Shown in pieces: positions 36,160 through 45,619 of a stretch of 64,000 nucleotides of DNA (the stretch's first letter is position 1; every line of letters starts with the position of its first letter). The DNA comes from Candidatus Saccharimonadales bacterium (GTDB lineage Bacteria; Patescibacteriota; Saccharimonadia; Saccharimonadales; UBA10212), in contig JBBDZU010000007.1 of NCBI GenBank assembly GCA_040900055.1, positions 169,705 through 233,704 of the forward strand, given 5' to 3'. The notes under the pieces are model-generated. The model worked only from the letters and a program-made list of their open reading frames with translations. It was not told the origin of the DNA and ran no database searches. The translations under genes were made by a program, and so were the position numbers.

Positions 36160-37449
36160 TCAGGCCCAAAGTGGGCGAATTTGTTGGTTAAGCGTCTTAG
36201 CCAGCTCTCGGCTGCGGCTCCCGCCGCCCAAAATACCTAAACCCCCGATGCGATCAGAGAACATGCGCTCCGTCGCCGACATAATTTTTTCGCTACTAAC
36301 CGCGTTTATGCGCTCAGGCACTGCTTCGTAATCATTAACTGTACCGTCAAAATAATAGCGGCTGCTATAGCCTGCCATGGTTCCAGCGACTGTTTGGGCG
36401 CTTCTTTGATGGCGACCGAGCCAGTAGGCTTTAGCCGACTTTAAATCAGCTAAACTAATGTCCCCACTCCGGACTCTGTCTATTTCGCTAATAATAATAT
36501 CAAAAAGCGCCGGTGCGTTGCGCGCCAAAACTTGAGCGCTAAACCACCAACCAGTAACTGTCCGCATAATATCAAGGCCCGAACCCATGGAATAAATTAG
36601 TCCGCGTTCCCGAGCTTCGCCTAAAATCCGTGAGTATAAAGTAGCTGTCAGCATGCCATTGACCAGCTCTAGAGCATCCATGTCTGGATCTTCGAAACGG
36701 TTTAGGGCAAAAGTCTCTAGTTCAAAATAAACATTTTTGACAGATGGCCTGGGAATAAAAATGGGGTCAGGTAAATTTGTGGGTTTTTCTATTGGCAGCT
36801 CTAGCAGCTTTCTACCAGTCGGCAGCTGTAAGCCTTCTAGCATGCGTTTGATGGCTTCGCGTCGACCTTTTAAGTTACCAGCAATTACAAACCGTAGGTT
36901 ACGGGTTACGTGGGTCTTGGCATAGTGTTCTTTTAAGTCTTTAGGCCGGACATTTTTAATTTGCTTTAGCCGTTCCCGATCGGTCATGGCCAGTAGTCCA
37001 TGAGCTTCGCGCATAGTTATACCAAGCGTCCTAAAATGATTATTGGATCTAGCTGTTAGCTCATCACGCACATTGCCGTACTCGGCTTTGAACTCGTCTC
37101 GCAAAAATAGGGGCTTAGAAATCGCCACTATCATAAGTTCCAAAATTCTTCGCCATTCAAAGTCGGCGCATTCTGCCTCATAAGTTATATGATAAAGACC
37201 GGTAGAAGCATTATTGGCTGCACCGTTTTTTTCAAACTCAGCCTGGAATGATCGGGCTTTGGGGATTAACTGGTTAGCACCCAGTAGCACATGTTCCATC
37301 AAATGAGGAACTTCCCACTTAGATTTCTCGACTAGGTATTCGCCAGCCCTAAAATTAAATTCGTAGTCCATGACCGTGGCACCAGGGACATCTATCAAAA
37401 GTCCCTTCGCACCATTTTTTAGTTCAATTTCGGTAACTATATGTTTCAT
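36160..37449 (-). CDS. M16-family (pitrilysin-like) zinc peptidase
   Basis: 429 aa with the inverted zinc motif HLMEH. Confidence 0.85.
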   Translation of the reverse strand: MKHIVTEIELKNGAKGLLIDVPGATVMDYEFNFRAGEYLVEKSKWEVPHLMEHVLLGANQLIPKARSFQAEFEKNGAANNASTGLYHITYEAECADFEWRRILELMIVAISKPLFLRDEFKAEYGNVRDELTARSNNHFRTLGITMREAHGLLAMTDRERLKQIKNVRPKDLKEHYAKTHVTRNLRFVIAGNLKGRREAIKRMLEGLQLPTGRKLLELPIEKPTNLPDPIFIPRPSVKNVYFELETFALNRFEDPDMDALELVNGMLTATLYSRILGEARERGLIYSMGSGLDIMRTVTGWWFSAQVLARNAPALFDIIISEIDRVRSGDISLADLKSAKAYWLGRHQRSAQTVAGTMAGYSSRYYFDGTVNDYEAVPERINAVSSEKIMSATERMFSDRIGGLGILGGGSRSRELAKTLNQQIRPLWA

Positions 37450-37561
37450 CGGCGAGGCTTCTGTTCGGCAATTTTAATGATATGTATTAGTCTTTCCAGC
37501 AAATAACTTCTCAAGTTAACTCACCTTAATCTTACTACTGTCTGCCTATCTATACCAGGGG

Positions 37562-40186
37562 TTATTTGCGTTTTTTCTTACTTTTCTTTAATTTTTTTCG
37601 TTGACGTTCAGCTTTGCGAGCTTTTTTACGTTTTTGATGCAGTTGCCGCTGTTTTTTCTCTTCTTCGCCTGCTGAAATAAACTCGGCTTCTTTGTATTGC
37701 TCGGCCTGCAGTACTTCAGATGCGTTATCTACAGAACCACGAGCTGCTCTAGTTAATTCTGTTTCGACCACCTGCGTAAGGAGGCTTTTAGCTTCAATCG
37801 GCTGAGCGTGGGCTAACGTCCTAACAATCTCATGGCGTAGAGTGCCGAGCATTTCCTCAAAGATAAGCTGCCCTTGCCGCCGATATTCTACCAACGGATC
37901 GCGCTGGCCAACACTTATCCAGTGAATTCCCTGGCGTAAATGGTCCATATTTTCAAGATGCTGCATCCATAGGTTATCTAAAACCTGCAAGTAAATATCG
38001 CGCTCTACCTTACGCATGACCTCAACACCAAATAGCTTTTCTTGTTTACGATAATAATTAAGCGCAGCTTTTTTTAGCTCAGCTTCAAAATTGGCGGGCT
38101 CGGCGTCAAATAATTTATCCAGTGTTGCTTCATCGAACGGGAAACTGTCAGCCAGTATGGCCTGATATGCCTCATCGGCTGCCTCCGGATGTTTAGCTAG
38201 CCACTCGGCCTCTTCGGATATGTATTTAATAACTCTTGGGCTAATATCACTAGCCCTTAAAATCTCACGGCGCATAGTATAAATAGCCCGGCGGTGGCGG
38301 TTCATAACATCGTCGTATTGGACAACGTTTTTACGTATGTCGAAGTTAAAGCCTTCGACCTTTTTTTGGGCCCCCTCTAGGCTTTTGCTTATCATGCGGC
38401 TTTCAATTGGCGTGTTCTCGTCAACTTTAAGCCGGTTCATAATCGAGGCAATTTTATCGCCACCGTAAATCCGCATTAAGTCGTCTTGGCAAGAAACATA
38501 AAATTGACTCATGCCTTGGTCACCCTGCCGGCCAGTTCGGCCTCGCAATTGATTGTCGATCCGCCTAGCTTCGTGGCGCTCACTACCGATTACAAATAGC
38601 CCGCCAAGTTCCGTCACGCCTTTAGCCAAAACAATATCAGTACCTCGTCCGGCAATGTTGGTGGCTAGCGTAACAGCTGCTTTTTGGCCGGCGTTGGCAA
38701 TAATGGCTGCCTCTTTCTCATTATTTTTGGCATTTAAAACCTCGTGAGGCACCGAAGCAGCCATCAACATTTGAGACAAGCGCTCATTTTTCTCGATGCT
38801 GACCGTACCCAGTAGCACTGGCTGACCTTTTTTGTGCAGAGTTTTTACTTCATTAACAATTGCCTTAAACTTACCGGCCTCGGTCTTATAAATTCTATCG
38901 GGTGAATCAGCCCTTATCATTGGCCGATTAGTAGGGACTTCTACTACATCAAGCTTGTATATTTGGTGAAATTCTTCGGCCTCGGTCATGGCCGTACCGG
39001 TCATGCCAGCCAATTTTTTGTATAGCCTAAAATAATTTTGAAAAGAGATAGTTGCTAGGGTCATTGACTCTTCCTGGACTGGGACGTCTTCTTGGGCTTC
39101 AATGGCTTGGTGTAACCCTTCGTTATAGCGACGACCGCGCAGCAACCGACCGGTAAAATCATCGACTATGACTATTTCGCCATCGCTGGTCACTACGTAA
39201 TCTTTATCGCGCTTAAACAGGGCGTGAGCTTTTAGGGCTTGCTCTAGGTGGTAGATAGTCCGTAAATTTTCGTTGGCGTAAAGGTTATCAATGCCTAAAA
39301 TTTTCTCGACAAGCTCCACACCGGCGTCTGTCAAGATTACACTTCGGCGTTTTTCATCTTTTTCAAAATGCTCGGTCTCTTTTAAATTTCGTACGATTTT
39401 GGCGAATTGCTCATAAGCCGCGCCGCTAGCCGTAGAAGGCGCCGAAATTATCAGCGGCGTCCTGGCTTCGTCTATTAAAATTGAATCGACTTCGTCAACA
39501 ATGGCGTAGTTAAGATCGCGCTGACGCAGCTGGTCAAGCTCCCGGACCATATTGTCACGAAGATAATCGAAACCAAACTCATTATTAGTACCGTAAGTAA
39601 TATCGGCGCCGTAAGCCTCTTGCCGGGTAGCCGGCCGTAGGTGCCTCATGCGAGCATCATAGTGGTCCTTATTTTCATAAGACTCATCATATAAATATGA
39701 TTGGTCTGGGATAACCACCCCAACTGACAGCCCTAGAAAGTTATAAATCTGGCCCATCCAACCAGCGTCACGCTGGGCCAAATAATCGTTTACGGTAACT
39801 AGGTGGGCGCCTCTGCCGTCCAAGGCGTTTAGATACATCGCCAAGGTTGCCACTAGGGTCTTACCCTCTCCGGTTTTCATTTCGGCGACATTACCCTCAT
39901 GTAAAACCATGCCGCCGACTAACTGGACATCAAAGTGGCGCTGGCCCAAAGTACGCTTGGCCGCTTCACGGACTACCGCAAAAGCGTCATTTAAAATATC
40001 GTCTAGACTAGCTCCGTCTGACAGGCGCTTTTTTAAAGCAGTGGTTTGGGCGGTTAGTAGCTTATCGGATAACGCTTTGTACTTAGCCTCTAACGCATTT
40101 ATTTGCTTAACGCTTCTTCTCAGCCTTTTAATGGTCGCGGCTTGGGGATCGCCTAAAATTCGCTTTAGTAATTTTTTATTAATCAT
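37562..40186 (-). CDS. secA: Preprotein translocase ATPase SecA
   Basis: 874 aa. MKTGEGKT and DEVDSILIDEARTPLIIS. Lys-rich C-terminal tail. Confidence 0.97.
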   Translation of the reverse strand: MINKKLLKRILGDPQAATIKRLRRSVKQINALEAKYKALSDKLLTAQTTALKKRLSDGASLDDILNDAFAVVREAAKRTLGQRHFDVQLVGGMVLHEGNVAEMKTGEGKTLVATLAMYLNALDGRGAHLVTVNDYLAQRDAGWMGQIYNFLGLSVGVVIPDQSYLYDESYENKDHYDARMRHLRPATRQEAYGADITYGTNNEFGFDYLRDNMVRELDQLRQRDLNYAIVDEVDSILIDEARTPLIISAPSTASGAAYEQFAKIVRNLKETEHFEKDEKRRSVILTDAGVELVEKILGIDNLYANENLRTIYHLEQALKAHALFKRDKDYVVTSDGEIVIVDDFTGRLLRGRRYNEGLHQAIEAQEDVPVQEESMTLATISFQNYFRLYKKLAGMTGTAMTEAEEFHQIYKLDVVEVPTNRPMIRADSPDRIYKTEAGKFKAIVNEVKTLHKKGQPVLLGTVSIEKNERLSQMLMAASVPHEVLNAKNNEKEAAIIANAGQKAAVTLATNIAGRGTDIVLAKGVTELGGLFVIGSERHEARRIDNQLRGRTGRQGDQGMSQFYVSCQDDLMRIYGGDKIASIMNRLKVDENTPIESRMISKSLEGAQKKVEGFNFDIRKNVVQYDDVMNRHRRAIYTMRREILRASDISPRVIKYISEEAEWLAKHPEAADEAYQAILADSFPFDEATLDKLFDAEPANFEAELKKAALNYYRKQEKLFGVEVMRKVERDIYLQVLDNLWMQHLENMDHLRQGIHWISVGQRDPLVEYRRQGQLIFEEMLGTLRHEIVRTLAHAQPIEAKSLLTQVVETELTRAARGSVDNASEVLQAEQYKEAEFISAGEEEKKQRQLHQKRKKARKAERQRKKLKKSKKKRK

Positions 40187-40201
40187 AGAAATAGATAAAG
40201 G

Positions 40202-41452
40202 CTAAATAACTTTTTGGCCACTCATGTATGGCTGTAAGCTCTTTGGTATATGAAGTTTACCGTCTTTGGCCTGATGATTTTCAATTATGGCTACTAACAT
40301 GCGGCTGGCGGCCATCGCCGTGGCGTTAAGAGTGTGCACATAATTTGTTTTACCGCCCTTGTCCTTATACCTAATATTTAAACGCCTGGCTTGATAATCG
40401 GTTACGTTTGAACAGCTCATCAACTCGCGATATGTCTTATCAATCGGGCTCCAGTATTCGACATCGTATTTTTTATAGGCCGGCGCGCCAAGATCGCCAG
40501 AGGCAATTCTAACAACCCGGTACGGAATTCTTAGCAAGTGGCAAATTTCCTCTTCTATCGCCAGTAGTTTCTGGTGCCACTGCTCGCTTTCGCTAGGCTC
40601 ACAGTAAACATAGAGTTCAAATTTATTAAACTGGTGGGTTCTAAATAGTCCGCGGTTATACTTGCCATAGGCGCCGCCCTCGACGCGGTATGACGGGCTG
40701 AAACCGGCCATTTTTGACGGCAACCAATCTAAAGGTATAATCTCGTCAGCAAAAAAACCGGTTAATGGAATCTCTGCCGTGGCAATCAGATTAAGGTCTT
40801 CGCCTTCTATTTTATAAACTTGTTTCCCATCCCCCTTGGCCGAAAAGCCAGCGCCTTCTAAAGTGCGCGTATTTACCAAATGGGGGACCATCATAGGCCA
40901 AAAGCCATGTTTCTTAACCACCGATAGGCTAAGCTGAGCCAGCGCCAGTTCCATATCTACCAAATCGCCTTTAAGGAAATAGAACTTATGGCCAGCCACT
41001 TTCGCGCCGCGCTCAAAATCGAGGAAGCCTTTTTTTTGAGCCCAAGTCTGATGATCAATTACTTCAAAATCCGGAAATGCTGTTACCCCCCATTTTTTTT
41101 CTTCCTGGTTGGCATCCTCGCCGCCCAGAGGTGTGTCATCAGCAAAGACATTGGGAACAGCGACCATCAAAGGCTCGAACTCTTTTTCAATAGCGGCAAA
41201 TTGGGCTTCACAATCTGCTAGATGCTGCCTTAGGTGCTTCCCTTTCTTAACAGTCTCGGCAGAGGGCTTGGCCTTCGGCTTGGCTTCGGCTAGCTTGTTA
41301 CGCTCGGCTCTGACCATTTCCAGATCGGCTAATACTTCCCGGCGCCGCTGGTCAAGCTTTAAGAGCTTATCAACATCAATGTCATAGCCTTTGTGTTTTG
41401 ATTTTTCGGCAACCTCTTTAGCATTTTCCCGAATATACCGGATATCCAACAT
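40202..41452 (-). CDS. serS: Serine--tRNA ligase
   Basis: I place the start at the ATG at 41452 (MLDIRYIRENAKEV). The 16-codon TTG extension in the ORF track is read through the tandem repeat. Confidence 0.93.
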   Translation of the reverse strand: MLDIRYIRENAKEVAEKSKHKGYDIDVDKLLKLDQRRREVLADLEMVRAERNKLAEAKPKAKPSAETVKKGKHLRQHLADCEAQFAAIEKEFEPLMVAVPNVFADDTPLGGEDANQEEKKWGVTAFPDFEVIDHQTWAQKKGFLDFERGAKVAGHKFYFLKGDLVDMELALAQLSLSVVKKHGFWPMMVPHLVNTRTLEGAGFSAKGDGKQVYKIEGEDLNLIATAEIPLTGFFADEIIPLDWLPSKMAGFSPSYRVEGGAYGKYNRGLFRTHQFNKFELYVYCEPSESEQWHQKLLAIEEEICHLLRIPYRVVRIASGDLGAPAYKKYDVEYWSPIDKTYRELMSCSNVTDYQARRLNIRYKDKGGKTNYVHTLNATAMAASRMLVAIIENHQAKDGKLHIPKSLQPYMSGQKVI

Positions 41453-41461
41453 GGCTTTAAT

Positions 41462-41613
41462 TATAATCGAATGATCAATGAGATTATATGCCGAACCCAA
41501 TTTTTTTGGCGAAGCTATATAATCGAATGATCAATGAGATTATATGCCGAACCCAATTTTTTTGGCGAAGCTATATAATCGAATGATCAATGAGATTATA
41601 TGCCGAGCCCAAG
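41462..41613. repeat. 56-bp tandem direct repeat, 2.7 copies
   Basis: The unit tataatcgaatgatcaatgagattatatgccgaacccaatttttttggcgaagcta starts at 41462 and 41518 (identical copies). A third copy at 41574 diverges after about 33 nt. Confidence 0.95.
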
Positions 41614-41664
41614 AAAGTCAGTCTTTTAGGATAAGAGATTTTCTTGGCGCGATGCTATATACAG

Positions 41665-42462
41665 CTATTTGGTGCGGATTTTGCCAGATTTTTTGTTTCG
41701 TAAATGATCCAAGCTAAGTTCCGTTCGAGATTTGGCATAAGAGCAGTGTTCGCAGTCGGCGGCAGCTGCTGGCAACTCATCTGACTCTAAGTAAGATTTG
41801 AGGCGAATTAGTTCAGGTTCTATCCACTTGTCGGAACCCTTATAGGCAATTAGGGTTATCTCAAATTCCAGCTTGCCGTCAAAACCTGGTTTGTCTTTAA
41901 GGCCGTTGCAATACACAAAGTATCCAGTATCTGAAACCGGTAAGTTGTTAGCTCTAACCAGCCATTGATAAATCTCCATCTGCCGGCGGTATTGGTCATG
42001 CCAGCGCGTCTCGTCTAAAGTTTCGATTTTAGCCTTTTTAGAAGTGGCCTTATAGTCAACCACAATATAATTGCCCTTGGAGTCTTGCCACAGATCGTCA
42101 ATGGCTCCAGTAATCAATAGGTTGGTAGGCTCATGAAGGGTTTCCACTCCCTTGAAATTTTCTCGCCAGATATCTATTTTCTCGTGTTTACAGGGTTTGG
42201 CATCAATGCCATAGGCTACCTGCAACGGATGCTGCTTGCCGTCGGCCCGCAATACGTCAAATTCCAGTTTTAACAGGTGGTCAACTGCTGAGTTTAGGGT
42301 AAAGGCCGGTATTGACGGCCGTTTTATGCCAAGCTTGGCATCCAAATAAAAACAGCGAGGGCATTGCATAAACAAGTCGATTTTTGATCGACTGATTTTA
42401 AATGGTGTTTTTTGCCCGGGCTGATAAGGCGCCCTTGAGCGGGTGTACGTATATTGGGCCAT
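41665..42462 (-). CDS. Stand-alone PD-(D/E)XK nuclease, RecB/Cas4-like, with four Cys
   Basis: 265 aa. GAIDD...VVDYK...QMEIY motifs. CPRC near the N-terminus and CEHC near the C-terminus. Confidence 0.7.
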   Translation of the reverse strand: MAQYTYTRSRAPYQPGQKTPFKISRSKIDLFMQCPRCFYLDAKLGIKRPSIPAFTLNSAVDHLLKLEFDVLRADGKQHPLQVAYGIDAKPCKHEKIDIWRENFKGVETLHEPTNLLITGAIDDLWQDSKGNYIVVDYKATSKKAKIETLDETRWHDQYRRQMEIYQWLVRANNLPVSDTGYFVYCNGLKDKPGFDGKLEFEITLIAYKGSDKWIEPELIRLKSYLESDELPAAAADCEHCSYAKSRTELSLDHLRNKKSGKIRTK

Positions 42463-42510
42463 GTCTTATTAATTGTACCAGCTTAAAAGATTGACTTTAG
42501 CTAAGATTCA

Positions 42511-42550
42511 ATAAAAAAGCGCCGGAGTTTCCGGCGCTTGGTTTTTTATA
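42511..42550. terminator. Bidirectional intrinsic terminator
   Basis: aagcgccgga-gtt-tccggcgctt (42517-42539), flanked by an A-run and a T-run. Confidence 0.8.
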
Positions 42551-42563
42551 TTTTGTTTTTAAT

Positions 42564-42872
42564 TTATCGTCGTCCGGCAGCCCACCGACTAGCCAAGCCC
42601 AATATCGCATAGCCGGCTAGAGCGTATACCGCTATCGCGAATAAGGCAACGTAGTCCACAACCCAGCCGCGGCTGACTACATCTGTCGATGTAAATACGT
42701 TTCTAAATGGCTCCAAAAGCATATTCGTATTGGTGTAGACCCAATTGACGAACGTAGCATCTGGATCGCCGTTAAAGAAACGAAGTACAACTCGTAGAGC
42801 CAACAATAATACTGTTAAGCCTACGAAGAAATTCGTCGCCCACGCGACCAGCTGTTTGTGAGAGTATTGCAT
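42564..42872 (-). CDS. Small two-TM membrane protein (YggT-like)
   Basis: 102 aa with hydrophobic ends. Family assignment is by eye only. Confidence 0.5.
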   Translation of the reverse strand: MQYSHKQLVAWATNFFVGLTVLLLALRVVLRFFNGDPDATFVNWVYTNTNMLLEPFRNVFTSTDVVSRGWVVDYVALFAIAVYALAGYAILGLASRWAAGRR

Positions 42873-42963
42873 ACCTTCTCCTTAGTTGTTAATGAGCTCA
42901 TCATATGCCCAAGTTGGCAACTTTTCAACTATTAATCCACAGTTTTAGTTTATGGTCCAAAGT

Positions 42964-43353
42964 TTACTCCTTAGATTTGTTGTGAGAGTTATTCTCAAGC
43001 TCGTGGATGCGGCGATGGTCTAGGCCAAAATAATGGGCGACCTCATGCCAAATAGTATTGCGAATATTCTTTCTTAGCTCGTCAATATCACGGCTAGCGG
43101 AGATTAACGGCTCTTTAAAAAGAGTTATTTTATCTGGCAGTAGTTTAGTGGTATTTCGGTCAGGCAGCGGTGTACCCTCGTAAAGACCAAACAGCGTCTG
43201 GCCGGAAACTAACCCTAACTCTTTTAGCTGGTCGGTGGTAGGCTTATCTTCAGCTATAAAGGCCACGTTTTGCAGTCTTTCGTTATACGGCGAAGGTATG
43301 TCAGCAATAGCTTCTGAGATCATCTGCTTAAACTGCTCATGCCCAATCTTCAT
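42964..43353 (-). CDS. Minimal zincin-like metallopeptidase family protein
   Basis: 129 aa with HExxH in WHEVAHYFGLDH. Confidence 0.7.
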   Translation of the reverse strand: MKIGHEQFKQMISEAIADIPSPYNERLQNVAFIAEDKPTTDQLKELGLVSGQTLFGLYEGTPLPDRNTTKLLPDKITLFKEPLISASRDIDELRKNIRNTIWHEVAHYFGLDHRRIHELENNSHNKSKE

Positions 43354-43531
43354 AATCTGATTATAGCCTTAAAAAGTGAGCTAACTAATGAGCCAACCCG
43401 AAGGGCGGGCCTTTTTAATAGAAGTAAGTTATTTAACAAAATGGCTGTTAGTTTGGCCGCAGATTAAATCCTTATTTAGCGCTAATTTAGAGGTAGTTAC
43501 TTCGCATAACTTAAACCAAAGGAGATAGCCT

Positions 43532-44014
43532 GTGGTGTTAAGGCCTATTACGCTTGGTCTTGGTATGGTGGTGGCCCTTACTTTATTTTTTGGGGCCTTT
43601 GCACCCAACGACAGCTTATTTTATAGCCTAATATCGATAAATATTTGGTCCGCCGTTTTTAAGACGGCTCTCCTTATTGCCCTAGTTTTAATAGCAACTC
43701 GAAGGAGGTTTAAATACGCTGTTACTTCGATACTGCTAGCTAGTCTAGGCTCTCTCTTAATAATGTTTGGCTTAGCAGGTTTATTTGTACCGCAGATAAC
43801 TTATGGATTATTTACTTACGCTAAGTTTCTAGACTTCTTATTAATGACGGAGGCTGGCGTTATTATGAGTTTAGCTGTCTTAACTTTTGAGTCAGCAAAA
43901 CAAAGGCTGCCGATGCCCGCTAAGCTGCAGCCAATTCAAGCCTATATAAGCCTGCGTAATCAACTGCCGGCCAAGGGTTCGTTAAAATCCATGTCAATAA
44001 GAAAGCCAGCCTAG
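43532..44014 (+). CDS. Hypothetical polytopic membrane protein
   Basis: GTG start preceded by aaaGGAGat. 160 aa with four hydrophobic segments. Confidence 0.65.
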   Translation: MVLRPITLGLGMVVALTLFFGAFAPNDSLFYSLISINIWSAVFKTALLIALVLIATRRRFKYAVTSILLASLGSLLIMFGLAGLFVPQITYGLFTYAKFLDFLLMTEAGVIMSLAVLTFESAKQRLPMPAKLQPIQAYISLRNQLPAKGSLKSMSIRKPA

Positions 44015-44074
44015 AGAATAGCCGGCTTTCGATATTTACTTTTGTTTGTTTAAGAGTGTTTGTGTGAGGTGGTT

Positions 44075-44296
44075 TTAGGAGTCGCCTTTTTTGTTGTTGC
44101 CCATCATCATAAGCATGGTGTAGAGCAGATAAAGTGCTGCCACACCTACCACTGCGTATATTACGCGGGCAACGGTAGAGCCGGCGTCAAAGAGCTCGTC
44201 AACTAGGTTGTATTCAAAAAACCCGACGAGACCCCAATTTAGACCACCGAGTACGACTAGAACGTTAGACAATTTGTCCATTGCGTTCATGTTCAT
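44075..44296 (-). CDS. DUF378-like small membrane protein
   Basis: 73 aa with VVLGGLNWGLVGFF. Confidence 0.7.
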   Translation of the reverse strand: MNMNAMDKLSNVLVVLGGLNWGLVGFFEYNLVDELFDAGSTVARVIYAVVGVAALYLLYTMLMMMGNNKKGDS

Positions 44297-44477
44297 TGCT
44301 ATTCCCCTTACGTTTATAATACGTCAATAATAGCGCTAATGCTTGACCTTGTCCAGTCGAAATTTTTTGTCTATTTTATTATTTTAAAATTTAGAGGAAC
44401 AATACTTTCTAAGACGTTAATGTAAGGTTTTTAAACATCTTTTCCACTAAACTATCCACAAAATCGACTACGCTTAG

Positions 44478-44506
44478 TTGACAAGGATTCGGCGGTTGAA
44501 TATCAT
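44478..44506 (+). promoter_or_regulatory. Orphan sigma-70-like promoter
   Basis: TTGACA (44478-44483), 17-nt spacer, TATCAT (44501-44506). No plus-strand gene lies downstream. Confidence 0.45.
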
Positions 44507-44512
44507 TGTAGT

Positions 44513-44595
44513 AACCATCGTGAGGTGGCCAGATCAAGTACCTCCTCGGAGGCAACTAATCGACAAAAAAGAGCCCCTTAAAAGGCTCTTTTTTG
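44513..44595 (+). ncRNA. Candidate small RNA (~85 nt) of unknown class
   Basis: It lies between the orphan promoter and the intrinsic terminator at 44569-44594. It contains GAGGTGG and CCTCCTCGGAGG segments. Confidence 0.35.
44565..44595. terminator. Bidirectional intrinsic terminator
   Basis: aagagcc-ccttaaaa-ggctctt with an A-run before it and a T-run after it. It also ends the minus-strand operon 46652..44610. Confidence 0.8.
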
Positions 44596-44609
44596 CATAT
44601 TATGGTTTT

Positions 44610-45107
44610 TTAATTTGTATCGACGGGGCTGACCTCTATTTTAAAATAGCCAGGCTTCAGGCTACGAGAAAAAATTTCTAAGATTGGCTTAGGCGGATCC
44701 AAAAGGACTAGCTCTTTTTTAAGCTCCAGGCTTCTTTGATTAAATGATACGAGCGTGCTCAATACAGCTGCATCAACCGACTCTGCTTGGCTTAGATCTA
44801 CAGTGATTTTGCTAACAATAGGATCATCAAGACAGCTAGAAATTACTCCAAGTTCGTCTTGTCTATATATATCTAGCTGGCCGCTTAGCGGAATGATTTG
44901 CTCAACTTTGTGTGACTGCTCGGCTGTCGGTGCAGGTTGTAACGATTCTAATTCAGCAATCCTTCTGTCGCGAAGCTCAGTATGCTCGGCTATTCTATCC
45001 TGCAAGTTAGCGATAACTTGATTGTGGCTGCCTATCTGATATCTAAGCAACGTTCCCTTAAGCTTAGTGTCTTCGGCGTCGCTGCCAGGGCCTAATTTTT
45101 CACTCAC
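44610..45107 (-). CDS. Coiled-coil plus STAS-domain protein (anti-sigma-antagonist fold)
   Basis: 165 aa. The N-terminal ~60 aa are heptad-rich. C-terminal ITVDLSQAESVDAAVLSTLVSF has Ala at the usual phospho-Ser position. Confidence 0.65.
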   Translation of the reverse strand: MSEKLGPGSDAEDTKLKGTLLRYQIGSHNQVIANLQDRIAEHTELRDRRIAELESLQPAPTAEQSHKVEQIIPLSGQLDIYRQDELGVISSCLDDPIVSKITVDLSQAESVDAAVLSTLVSFNQRSLELKKELVLLDPPKPILEIFSRSLKPGYFKIEVSPVDTN

Positions 45108-45160
45108 GAATTTAATAATAGCGCTCGCGACAGTTCACGCAAGCATAACCGGTAGTTTTA

Positions 45161-45619
45161 TTATTCCTCAGGCTCAGGGGATAAGCCTAGGGCTTTTGGG
45201 CGACCTGATGCTAGTAGAGCCATTAACTCTTGGGTGATTTTACTTGAAACAACGCTCGTAGGAGCCAGCGCCTTTTCGCCCTCTTTGTCGTCCACTTTCT
45301 GGGTTCGATAGAGACAAATAGGGTTATAGTCCAAAACTACTAAAAGCGGCTGATGCTTAAAGACTTTCGTCAGAGGATCTACCCAGTAAGCTGTAGATGT
45401 GGCGTCTAAACCCGGACTGGGCCGGCTAAGTAAAACCATAGACAAGCTGTCAGACTCGACCTCCACATGAACTATCTCGGTATTGCCGACTGTTCTGATG
45501 TATTCGACCTGACCCGTACCTCCACTGTGCAGAGCAAATGCCCGGTCGAAAATTAAATTGCAGGCGTCTAAAATAGTTTCCGGACGCTCTTGCTCCAGAG
45601 ATCTTGATACTTCACTCAT
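45161..45619 (-). CDS. Hypothetical protein
   Basis: 152-aa ORF whose start overlaps the NYN gene end by 8 nt. No motif recognised. Confidence 0.6.
   Translation of the reverse strand: MSEVSRSLEQERPETILDACNLIFDRAFALHSGGTGQVEYIRTVGNTEIVHVEVESDSLSMVLLSRPSPGLDATSTAYWVDPLTKVFKHQPLLVVLDYNPICLYRTQKVDDKEGEKALAPTSVVSSKITQELMALLASGRPKALGLSPEPEE

Noticed and set aside
41453-41500. The 16-codon N-terminal extension of serS in the ORF track (TTG at 41500).
   Set aside because: The extension is translated repeat sequence. The ATG at 41452 gives the canonical SerRS start MLDIRYIRENAKEV and has a TATAAT box 7 nt upstream.
41462-41613. The tandem 56-bp repeat as a CRISPR array or minisatellite-encoded peptide.
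   Set aside because: The copies are directly abutting with no spacers. The only ORF through them is the artificial TTG extension of serS.
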